This document shows, piece after piece, positions 17,097-23,251 of a DNA stretch of 32,000 bases. The stretch spans positions 944,472 to 976,471 of the forward strand of contig NZ_JACVOV010000001.1 in NCBI RefSeq assembly GCF_018882245.1, read 5' to 3'. The notes under the pieces were generated by a model, which did no database searches, was not told the origin of the DNA, and saw only the letters and a list, made by a program, of their open reading frames with translations. Each line of letters starts with the position of its first letter. Within the stretch, counting starts at the first letter, position 1. The stretch is from Polynucleobacter sp. AP-Capit-er-40B-B4. GTDB taxonomy: Bacteria; Pseudomonadota; Gammaproteobacteria; Burkholderiales; Burkholderiaceae. The translations under genes and the position numbers were made by a program.

Positions 17097-18311
17097 TTGC
17101 AAAACTTTAATCAGCTCTTCCCTGCCAATACAAACCAAGCTTCACCCAAAACAATTTCATTGTTGCGTGGTGAATTAACTCTGTTTCGGCGCCCCAAAAG
17201 CAATAAATGGCAATGCCGTTTTAAGCTACCCAATGGGCAATGGCATGCAGCTTCAACCAATACAGAAGATTCTGATCTAGCTCAAACACAAGCAATCGCC
17301 ATTTACGAAACTGTCAAAGTTAAAGTTGGTGCGGGCTTAGCTGTTGTCACCAAAACTTTTAAGCAAGTGGCTTTGGATGAACTAGCCAATATGGCGCAGG
17401 CTTTACACAATAAGCTGGGTAAGCGTATCTATCGTGACTATGCCTTTGCTATTAACAAATACCTCATTCCCTTTTTTGGGCAATATGAGATTGGTCAAAT
17501 TACCAATGAACTATTGGGTGACTTTGAGTCTTGGCGCATCTCACAAATGGGCAAGATTCCCATGGCAAGCACCAAGCGTAATCACGCTAGTGCGTATATC
17601 CGCGTGATTAATCTAGCCCGTGATCGTGGCTATATTGGATTAAATCAAGCCGTGCCATTGTTAGATAGCAAAGGCAAGAAAAGTCAGTCCCGCCCTGCTT
17701 TCACGGCAGAAGAGATTAAGGAGTTATTAAGTTACACAGAGACTTGGCAAAAGAGCTCCTATACGGCGAGAACAGCATTGATGAGAACGCTATGCGCCTA
17801 TTACATAGAGTTTTTGGTTAATACAGGTATTCGACATGGAACGGAGGCATTGCCGATAAGGTGGAGGCATTTGCAATGGCATTGGATTGGGGAGAAGAAA
17901 TACTTAAGGATTTGGGTATCAGGCAAAACGGGCCCAAGATATTTGATAGCAAGAACTGCTGTGGTGAAGGTATTAGAACGAGTAATGAAGTGGCAGAAGT
18001 TGCCTTACTCGGGGCTCAACGCAGTGATTGAGGCTAAATTTGATGCTTTGATATTTAGATTGCCAACAGGCGAGCAAATTAGCAACATGGAAAATATCTT
18101 TCGTAACTTAATGGTTCGTAGCAACATGAGGGTTGATGGAGGCGGTCAAAATAGAACCTTGTATAGCTTGCGTCATACGTATGCCACATTCGCCTTAGCA
18201 AGAGGGGTTGATATCCACACTCTGGCTAGGCAAATGGGCACTAGTGTTGGCATGATTGAGCAACATTATTCAAAACTCACTCCGATGATGAATGCTGAGA
18301 AGTTGGCTTAA
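17097..18311 (+). CDS. int: Tyrosine recombinase / island integrase (I2)
   Basis: 404 aa with a TTG start. It carries the same catalytic contexts as Int1 (NTGIRHGTE, LYSLRHTYATFAL, IEQHYSK). Confidence 0.9.
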   Translation: MQNFNQLFPANTNQASPKTISLLRGELTLFRRPKSNKWQCRFKLPNGQWHAASTNTEDSDLAQTQAIAIYETVKVKVGAGLAVVTKTFKQVALDELANMAQALHNKLGKRIYRDYAFAINKYLIPFFGQYEIGQITNELLGDFESWRISQMGKIPMASTKRNHASAYIRVINLARDRGYIGLNQAVPLLDSKGKKSQSRPAFTAEEIKELLSYTETWQKSSYTARTALMRTLCAYYIEFLVNTGIRHGTEALPIRWRHLQWHWIGEKKYLRIWVSGKTGPRYLIARTAVVKVLERVMKWQKLPYSGLNAVIEAKFDALIFRLPTGEQISNMENIFRNLMVRSNMRVDGGGQNRTLYSLRHTYATFALARGVDIHTLARQMGTSVGMIEQHYSKLTPMMNAEKLA

Positions 18312-18622
18312 CCCAAGCAGGCAATAACATCACCTGTATAGCAAGGTAATAGTGTTACTTCTGCGTTAGCAAGATTGATAAAGGGATTGCGCTTTTTAAG
18401 CTCTGTACCGAACCATGCTAACTTAGCGTTAGCACGATAAGCACCTTTGAACTTACGAATACTGTCTGAGCCGTTGACCAGTTGAATCACACCGCTAAAT
18501 TTGGCGCCCCGATACATGGCATTGATAACCTCAATGGCAAAGACATCTTGGACATGTTGTAGCTTACTTACTTGAGCTTTAGTTGATGTGTGTGGAATCA
18601 TGGTTGTAGATAGTTTTTTCAT
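18308..18622 (-). CDS. Hypothetical protein
   Basis: A 104-aa ORF. Its stop overlaps the int2 stop in the palindrome TTAA (18308-18311). I recognise no family. Confidence 0.45.
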   Translation of the reverse strand: MKKLSTTMIPHTSTKAQVSKLQHVQDVFAIEVINAMYRGAKFSGVIQLVNGSDSIRKFKGAYRANAKLAWFGTELKKRNPFINLANAEVTLLPCYTGDVIACLG

Positions 18623-18701
18623 TTGAATTTCTTTCTTAATTGAATTGAGGAAATTGTTCTATTTGGAACAACAGCTACCCCTGCAGTGGTAGCGGTCGTT
18701 T

Positions 18702-19655
18702 TTAAACTGTAATAACCGCCTTGTCGGCGGGCTTGGTTACACGTTCCGCGACTTTATAAACGGCATTAGCTTCTGCACCTAGATCCCATAAATCAGGCTT
18801 GAGATCAACATTTTTGCTGCTTTGCTTGATTTGCTCATAGCGTTGTTCACGACGAGCTTGCACAAACTCCCCAGCTTCTTTGTTGATAACAAACTTGATT
18901 GGTAGGCGGGCGGAGATTTCAGCTAATGCTTTTTCCATCGCACGCCAATCAGTGTCATCAGGTTTTTTGGTAAACAAGAGCTTGGCAAATACATACCCAG
19001 AGTTTTTGCTATCAAAGCTTAGGGGCTCTTCAATCTTGTTGATGTCCTTTGTGCTTTTGACTAGCTCATCTAGCTTTGCGCCTGTCAGCTTATTTAAGGC
19101 ATAACCTTTTTTTAGGCATTCCTCAAATGCATCTGCTGGAATTTGAGTAATTAGGTAGATATTTGTCCAGCTTGCTGGTAGCTGATCCACATATTGAATA
19201 AAGCGTGGATATACCCGACCAATAGCAGAGAACTTACGAACAGTACTGCTGTAGTCCTTAAGCCCCACTTCTTCGCAGAAGGTTTTAAATTGAAACCTAT
19301 CTAGCGATTGCTCTGCTTCATATACTACGCGACACATCTCTAAAGTACTTCGAGCAGTTTTCTCCACACCAGCTTTGAACGCAGATACATATTCTTTGCG
19401 CTCTTTTGGAATGATTGCTGTTGTATCTGCTGTGGCAGCCTCCAAGCTGAGCTTGCGCTCGTACTGAACAAGACTTGTACTAACAGATTTTGGCGAGGGT
19501 TTTACTTCGCCTTCCACCTCAAATACCTCATCAAAAGTTGATGAATCTTCTGTGATGATATTGGCATTCATCTTGCGAATATCAACAGAGGGTGTGGATA
19601 CCTCATTTGTTGATTGATTTGCCAACTGTTTTTTTACTTCAATTACTTTTTCCAT
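18702..19655 (-). CDS. Hypothetical protein (disordered N-terminus, structured C-terminal half)
   Basis: A 317-aa ORF with a strong SD (AAGGAG upstream of ATG 19655). I cannot assign a family with confidence. Confidence 0.6.
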   Translation of the reverse strand: MEKVIEVKKQLANQSTNEVSTPSVDIRKMNANIITEDSSTFDEVFEVEGEVKPSPKSVSTSLVQYERKLSLEAATADTTAIIPKERKEYVSAFKAGVEKTARSTLEMCRVVYEAEQSLDRFQFKTFCEEVGLKDYSSTVRKFSAIGRVYPRFIQYVDQLPASWTNIYLITQIPADAFEECLKKGYALNKLTGAKLDELVKSTKDINKIEEPLSFDSKNSGYVFAKLLFTKKPDDTDWRAMEKALAEISARLPIKFVINKEAGEFVQARREQRYEQIKQSSKNVDLKPDLWDLGAEANAVYKVAERVTKPADKAVITV

Positions 19656-19841
19656 TTTTACAACTCCTTAAAAATCAACTTGGCGTTAGTGACGAAATTG
19701 TCTGTTTGCTTTGTTGATGGAGTCACTGTACATTTTTGCGATTTTTCGAACAAATCACCGCGTTGTTTTATTTCCTTGACACAAAAATACGAAAAATTAG
19801 AGCCATATAAATAAAGGCTTTGCGGGCGATTATATTTTTGT

Positions 19842-19884
19842 AAAAAATGGCTGCATTTTTACGATTAAAAAAATGCAGCCATTT
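19842..19884 (-). terminator. Intrinsic terminator downstream of the small recombinase gene
   Basis: A perfect 16-bp stem (19845-19860 / 19869-19884, AAATGGCTGCATTTTT / AAAAATGCAGCCATTT) with an 8-nt loop. On the minus strand it runs into a T-tract. Confidence 0.7.
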
Positions 19885-19901
19885 AATTCTTAGATTTTTT
19901 A

Positions 19902-20468
19902 TCAAATTAATTCCACTGCATTTCGTTTCATTTCATCTGAAGCATCGATGTATTTCATCGTGACGGCAATATTACGATGTCCTGCTAATGCAGCAAGTAC
20001 ACGAACACCGACACCTTTTGAGGCTAAGGAGGTTAGAAAATTCCTTCTTCCGCTGTGGCTGCTTGCGCCACTAATTCCCGCATTACGATAGGTGTGATAG
20101 AACCACTGACATAATGAATTGGCGGTAAATCTTAGGCGTGTATTGGTGTGGAAGAGTGGAATGTCCGGATATTTGGCATGACGTGTTTTTAAGTATTCCT
20201 CCAGTTCGGCGCGTAATTTAGTAGATAAGAAAACTGTCCTCGGATATTTGCCTTTGGTTTGTTCGGCAGATAGACGAACTTCTGCCTTGACTGTGCCATC
20301 TGTATTTAAAACATCACCCATTGTTAGTGATGCAATCTCCGCAACACGAAGTCCTGCAAGAAAGCTTGTCATGAGTAGTGCCCTATCGCGTTCGGGGTAT
20401 TTTTTGGTAGATACATAGCGCAGCACTTGATCTAGTTCTGCTTGGGTAAGGGTTTTTGCTTGAGCCAT
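19902..20468 (-). CDS. Small catalytic-domain-only tyrosine recombinase (FimB/FimE-sized), I2
   Basis: 188 aa. Motifs are LAGLRVAEIASL (Arg), HSGRRNFLT (His-x-x-Arg), GH and Y in MKYID. The N-terminus AKTLTQAELDQVL...ERDRALLMTSF has the same layout as FimB/FimE. Confidence 0.8.
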   Translation of the reverse strand: MAQAKTLTQAELDQVLRYVSTKKYPERDRALLMTSFLAGLRVAEIASLTMGDVLNTDGTVKAEVRLSAEQTKGKYPRTVFLSTKLRAELEEYLKTRHAKYPDIPLFHTNTRLRFTANSLCQWFYHTYRNAGISGASSHSGRRNFLTSLASKGVGVRVLAALAGHRNIAVTMKYIDASDEMKRNAVELI

Positions 20469-20579
20469 TTGTAAAACCTTTCATAAATAAAAAAGCTCTA
20501 TTAGTGTGTTTTCTTATTGCCAAATGGTCGACCAAAATTTGCCAAAACAAGATCTTCCAAAAATCAATGACTTACGCCT

Positions 20580-20611
20580 CCACATAAGAAAAGTATGATT
20601 TTCTTATGTGG
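20580..20611. promoter_or_regulatory. Perfect 13-bp inverted repeat upstream of the I2 small recombinase gene
   Basis: CCACATAAGAAAA-GTATGA-TTTTCTTATGTGG, located 112-143 nt upstream of ATG 20468. Its function is unknown (operator, recombination site or hairpin). Confidence 0.4.
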
Positions 20612-20679
20612 TTTGCGTTATTAATATTTATGAGTATTTCGTGGGAAATAGACGACAAATTGGGGTTTGGGGTCAAAAA

Positions 20680-20752
20680 AGCCCTACACGCTGTTTGATT
20701 GGCGTCCGGCAACTAGACGCTGTGAAGCTTGAAGACCGTTGCTTGTAGGGCT
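20680..20752 (-). terminator. Compound hairpin/terminator after the 151-aa gene, enclosing family-A copy d (20701-20721)
   Basis: The outer 9-bp stem AGCCCTACA / TGTAGGGCT encloses GGCGTC CGGCAACTA GACGCT. The minus strand continues with TTTTTT. Confidence 0.55.
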
Positions 20753-20777
20753 GATTTGAACCGACTTTACTTAACAA

Positions 20778-21233
20778 CTACCTGGTATTTAGATCTACAT
20801 TGCTTGCAACAAATACGGGCTTATTGGCGCCTATAGCTTTGCAGTGATAGGCTTTTAAGTCCCAGTCATCTTTTGTTCCATTTAGAACGTCATTAATTTC
20901 AATATGTACTTCGCCTGTTGTTTGTAAGTAGATGCAATAACCATCAACTAGTTCCTTAGATTTGGTTAAGGGTTCGTAATGCACAATCCACGAAATCACT
21001 AAATCTGGCGTACTGCCTATGCCGCAGGCATCTAATTTCTTAAGTATTCTTATTTGATCGTCTGATTTGGCAGTATGTTGAAATTGTTCATATTCGTAAA
21101 AGTCCACTAGATACTTTTGGTTTGGATTATGAAGTTCTACCGATCCGTTATAGATGGCTCGTCTAAACAAGCCTTTGCCAAATGGGGTGTTGTACTTCTC
21201 ATTGATAAAACCTCTGATTGCTATTTCTCTCAT
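20778..21233 (-). CDS. Hypothetical protein
   Basis: A 151-aa ORF with a strong SD (AAGGAG upstream of ATG 21233). Confidence 0.6.
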   Translation of the reverse strand: MREIAIRGFINEKYNTPFGKGLFRRAIYNGSVELHNPNQKYLVDFYEYEQFQHTAKSDDQIRILKKLDACGIGSTPDLVISWIVHYEPLTKSKELVDGYCIYLQTTGEVHIEINDVLNGTKDDWDLKAYHCKAIGANKPVFVASNVDLNTR

Positions 21234-21266
21234 TTTTATTCTCCTTGTGTTCTAAATTGAGTTCTC

Positions 21267-21472
21267 GTTGCTAGTTGCTTTGTTGGTTACAAGAGAGATC
21301 AGAAGAGATCAGTTGCAGTAAAAGTCGCAGATCTCAAAAGAGAAGTTACGAAGTTGTGTTGCTTAGTCAGAGTTACTCATTTGCCACTACGAGTAACTAG
21401 CTAGCAACTACTCAAACTCAACCTTGCAACTTCTTTTTCTTTATGCGACATCTACTTTGTAACCAAGCAACT
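21267..21472. promoter_or_regulatory. ORF-free iteron-like region
   Basis: GTTGC occurs four times forward (21267, 21274, 21312, 21358). A central 8-bp inverted repeat AGTTACTC/GAGTAACT sits at 21371-21398. GCAACT occurs three times reversed (21404, 21426, 21467). There is also a tandem AGAGATCAG x2 at 21294-21312. Confidence 0.5.
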
Positions 21473-21617
21473 CGCAAAAATATTTATCTCTCTTAAAGAA
21501 AAACCGCTAATTTCCTGTCCAAAATGCGGCAAAAGAAGTGATTTGGCAAAAAGAGGTCGACCAGATAAAGAGATCGAAAACAAACTGCTTATGCCCATTA
21601 ACTAATAGGAGAAAACA

Positions 21618-22058
21618 ATGAGCGCATTAAGTAGCTTAAAACTAGTAGCAGTTAAAAAACCAACCCATATGCCTGCAATCGTGGTTCGTAGGAATAAGCT
21701 TTCTAGCAAGCTATGGGAGCAAATCCAGTTAGCAAAGAGTCAGATGGACGGAACGCCCTTTGTTGTTACCAAGTTCAAAACCATTAAAGACAAAGAAACA
21801 GGTTTACGCAAACAAGTAGAGATGCCCAAACGACTAAAGCCTTGGTGGTTTCAGTCAGAACAAGGCAAAGTCTGCGTTTCAGTCAAATACGGAAGTTGGA
21901 CTATTGAGCTGGCAAAAGGCAAACCCAGTGTGGAAGTGGCTAGCGGAGCAGAACTTGTCAAAGCATTGGAATCTATTAAGACGGCTGTTGAAGCTGGCGA
22001 GCTCGACGCCCAAATAGAAACAGCTAGTGCTAGCTTGAGGAGTGGATTTAAGCGATAG
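21618..22058 (+). CDS. Conserved island protein A (146 aa), I2 copy
   Basis: SD AGGAG. It is a paralog of 10657..11097. Confidence 0.8.
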   Translation: MSALSSLKLVAVKKPTHMPAIVVRRNKLSSKLWEQIQLAKSQMDGTPFVVTKFKTIKDKETGLRKQVEMPKRLKPWWFQSEQGKVCVSVKYGSWTIELAKGKPSVEVASGAELVKALESIKTAVEAGELDAQIETASASLRSGFKR

Positions 22059-22065
22059 CAACATA

Positions 22066-22093
22066 AGCGTCCAGCTACTAGACGCTGGACGCT
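22066..22093 (+). repeat. Family-A palindromic repeat, copy e (extended to a 10-bp stem)
   Basis: AGCGTCCAGC TACTAGAC GCTGGACGCT, containing AGCGTC CAGCTACTA GACGCT. It lies between module genes A and B. Confidence 0.85.
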
Positions 22094-22103
22094 AAATACT
22101 TGT

Positions 22104-22250
22104 ATGAAGCGATATAAGGCAACAGTCAATGCAGCAGGAATGTGGGTAGAGACAATTCTCTATGCACAGAATCAAGCTCAAGCCTATGCACTCTTCAAGG
22201 CAATCTTCGGGAGCGGTAATGTTCCACATCAACCACTACAGATTGGTTAA
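22104..22250 (+). CDS. Conserved island small protein B (48 aa), I2 copy
   Basis: The translation is MKRYKATVNAAGMWVETILYAQNQAQAYALFKAIFGSGNVPHQPLQIG. It is a paralog of 11145..11291 and is not in the ORF track. Confidence 0.7.
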   Translation: MKRYKATVNAAGMWVETILYAQNQAQAYALFKAIFGSGNVPHQPLQIG

Positions 22251-22252
22251 CT

Positions 22253-22417
22253 ATGAGATTCGATGAAATAGCCCCAATTAAAGCCCTAAGCCCCGAGCAA
22301 GCAAGACTTAAATCAATGCGGGATCGTGTCAAGCGAGATCAAGAGGCTGTAAAAGCTGAGCGTGTGAGGCAAAAGATAAAGGCTGGACAGCAAGAACTTG
22401 GTAAAGTTGAGCTATGA
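22253..22417 (+). CDS. Conserved island small basic protein C (54 aa), I2 copy
   Basis: The translation is MRFDEIAPIKALSPEQARLKSMRDRVKRDQEAVKAERVRQKIKAGQQELGKVEL. It starts 2 nt after the stop of gene B and is not in the ORF track. Confidence 0.6.
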   Translation: MRFDEIAPIKALSPEQARLKSMRDRVKRDQEAVKAERVRQKIKAGQQELGKVEL

Positions 22418-22435
22418 CTTTTAAGGGCTTAAAAC

Positions 22436-22720
22436 ATGAAATTAATAGTTTCTAAAATCGTCGCCTCAGTTAATGAAATTGAGATTGATCTCAATGCCTC
22501 TAATTGGAAGCGAATAAAGGCGGAAATTGAGTCCGTCCAGGAGGAAGGGCGATGCGAGGATGTTGATGTAAGCTCGCAAAAGAAGTTTATCGACTGCTTT
22601 ATTGGCAATGAAGAATTGCATGCGGAATTATTTGATATTTTGGCGTCTAATGATTTAGGCGTAGAGGAGGTCTTTTTAGATTCATCAAACGAGACTTTTG
22701 AGGGAAGAATTGAGGGTTAG
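22436..22720 (+). CDS. Hypothetical acidic protein (I2-specific)
   Basis: A 94-aa ORF with no I1 counterpart. Confidence 0.45.
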   Translation: MKLIVSKIVASVNEIEIDLNASNWKRIKAEIESVQEEGRCEDVDVSSQKKFIDCFIGNEELHAELFDILASNDLGVEEVFLDSSNETFEGRIEG

Positions 22721-22743
22721 TAGTTGGCTCATAAGGCCTTAAA

Positions 22744-22782
22744 CTAAATTCAAGGCTTTGCAAAGCTCATAGAGCAGAGGAT
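22744..22782 (+). repeat. Decayed extra copy of the promoter plus tRNA-Phe 5' segment
   Basis: AAATTCAAGGCTTTGCAAAGCTCA-TAGAGCAGAGGATT aligns with TAATTCCAAGTCTTGGCCTGGTAGCTCAGTCGGTAGAGCAGAGGATT, with deletions. Confidence 0.6.
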
Positions 22783-22907
22783 TCCCATATCTCTACCAGT
22801 CGCCACCGTCGGCAGGATAGAACATCCCCACTCACCGTAGAGTCCAGCAAAATCAAGCAGAGTTGGCAACAGTAGGCACATTTAACAAGCCCACTTTCAG
22901 TTTCATT

Positions 22908-22913
22908 TATAAT
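22908..22913 (+). promoter_or_regulatory. Consensus -10 box (TATAAT) of the island-supplied tRNA-Phe promoter
   Basis: TATAAT ends 10 nt before tRNA position 1. The same box is present in all three 55-nt repeats. I could not identify a convincing -35. Confidence 0.5.
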
Positions 22914-22923
22914 TCCAAGTCTT

Positions 22924-22999
22924 GGCCTGGTAGCTCAGTCGGTAGAGCAGAGGATTGAAAATCCTTGTGTCGGTGGTTCGATTCCGCCCCGGGCCACCA
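22924..22999 (+). tRNA. tRNA-Phe (anticodon GAA), the only intact copy
   Basis: A 76-nt cloverleaf folded by hand. Acceptor GGCCTGG/CCGGGCC, D arm GCTC-AGTCGGTA-GAGC, anticodon arm GAGGA-TTGAAAA-TCCTT, T arm GGTGG-TTCGATT-CCGCC, discriminator A and an encoded CCA. Confidence 0.95.
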
Positions 23000-23008
23000 A
23001 GAAACACC

Positions 23009-23032
23009 AAAACCACCTTCGGGTGGTTTTTT
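23009..23032 (+). terminator. Intrinsic terminator of tRNA-Phe
   Basis: AAAACCACC-TTCG-GGTGGTTTTTT. It recurs at 26260-26283 and 31286-31309. Confidence 0.85.
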
Positions 23033-23098
23033 ATTTGTGGCTTGGACCCCCCTAGTCTCAGATACCCCCATCATGAACCGTCCTTTAAAAGGACACGT

Positions 23099-23147
23099 CA
23101 ATTATTCATCCCTGCGTCAGTTGATGTCGTTTAAAACGACAAAACAA
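23099..23147 (+). repeat. 49-nt perfect direct repeat, copy 1 (copy 2 at 27399-27447), ending in a family-B palindrome
   Basis: CAATTATTCATCCCTGCGTCAGTTGATGTCGTTTAAAACGACAAAACAA is identical at both places. The palindrome GTCGTTTAAAACGAC is at 23126-23140. Confidence 0.9.
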
Positions 23148-23251
23148 TTCTTTTTAATAATGCCTATCCAATGTCTGCTAACGGCCAACAGTAGACTTTA
23201 AGCAATGGAGGTGCCAGACCTCAAGAGATTTTTTGGGGCTTGAAAAGTACC

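Larger units (their letters stand above)
17005..22961 (+). mobile_element. Integrative island I2 (about 6 kb), paralogous to I1 and adjacent to the intact tRNA-Phe
   Basis: It has the same backbone as I1: a 404-aa Int, a small recombinase on the minus strand, the A/B/C module, a homologous right arm and the 55-nt att repeat. The left boundary is inferred only from the shared AAAATATTTTT at 17005. Confidence 0.65.

Noticed and set aside
20680-20752. A fimS-like invertible switch defined by the 9-bp inverted repeats next to the small recombinase gene.
   Set aside because: The repeats are only 55 nt apart and are followed by a T-run on the minus strand. A compound terminator hairpin for the 151-aa gene is the simpler explanation.
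21443-21605. An apparent small zinc-ribbon-like ORF (..CPKCGKRS..) in the I2 non-coding region.
   Set aside because: Codon-by-codon translation from ATG 21443 hits TAA at 21494 after 17 codons. The CPKC stretch is in a different frame with no start.
22907-23201. ORFs 22907..23101 (minus strand) and 22965..23201 (plus strand). The same applies to 26170..26460 and 31203..31400.
   Set aside because: They read through the tRNA gene or scars and their terminators. They are artefacts of GC-rich structured RNA sequence.
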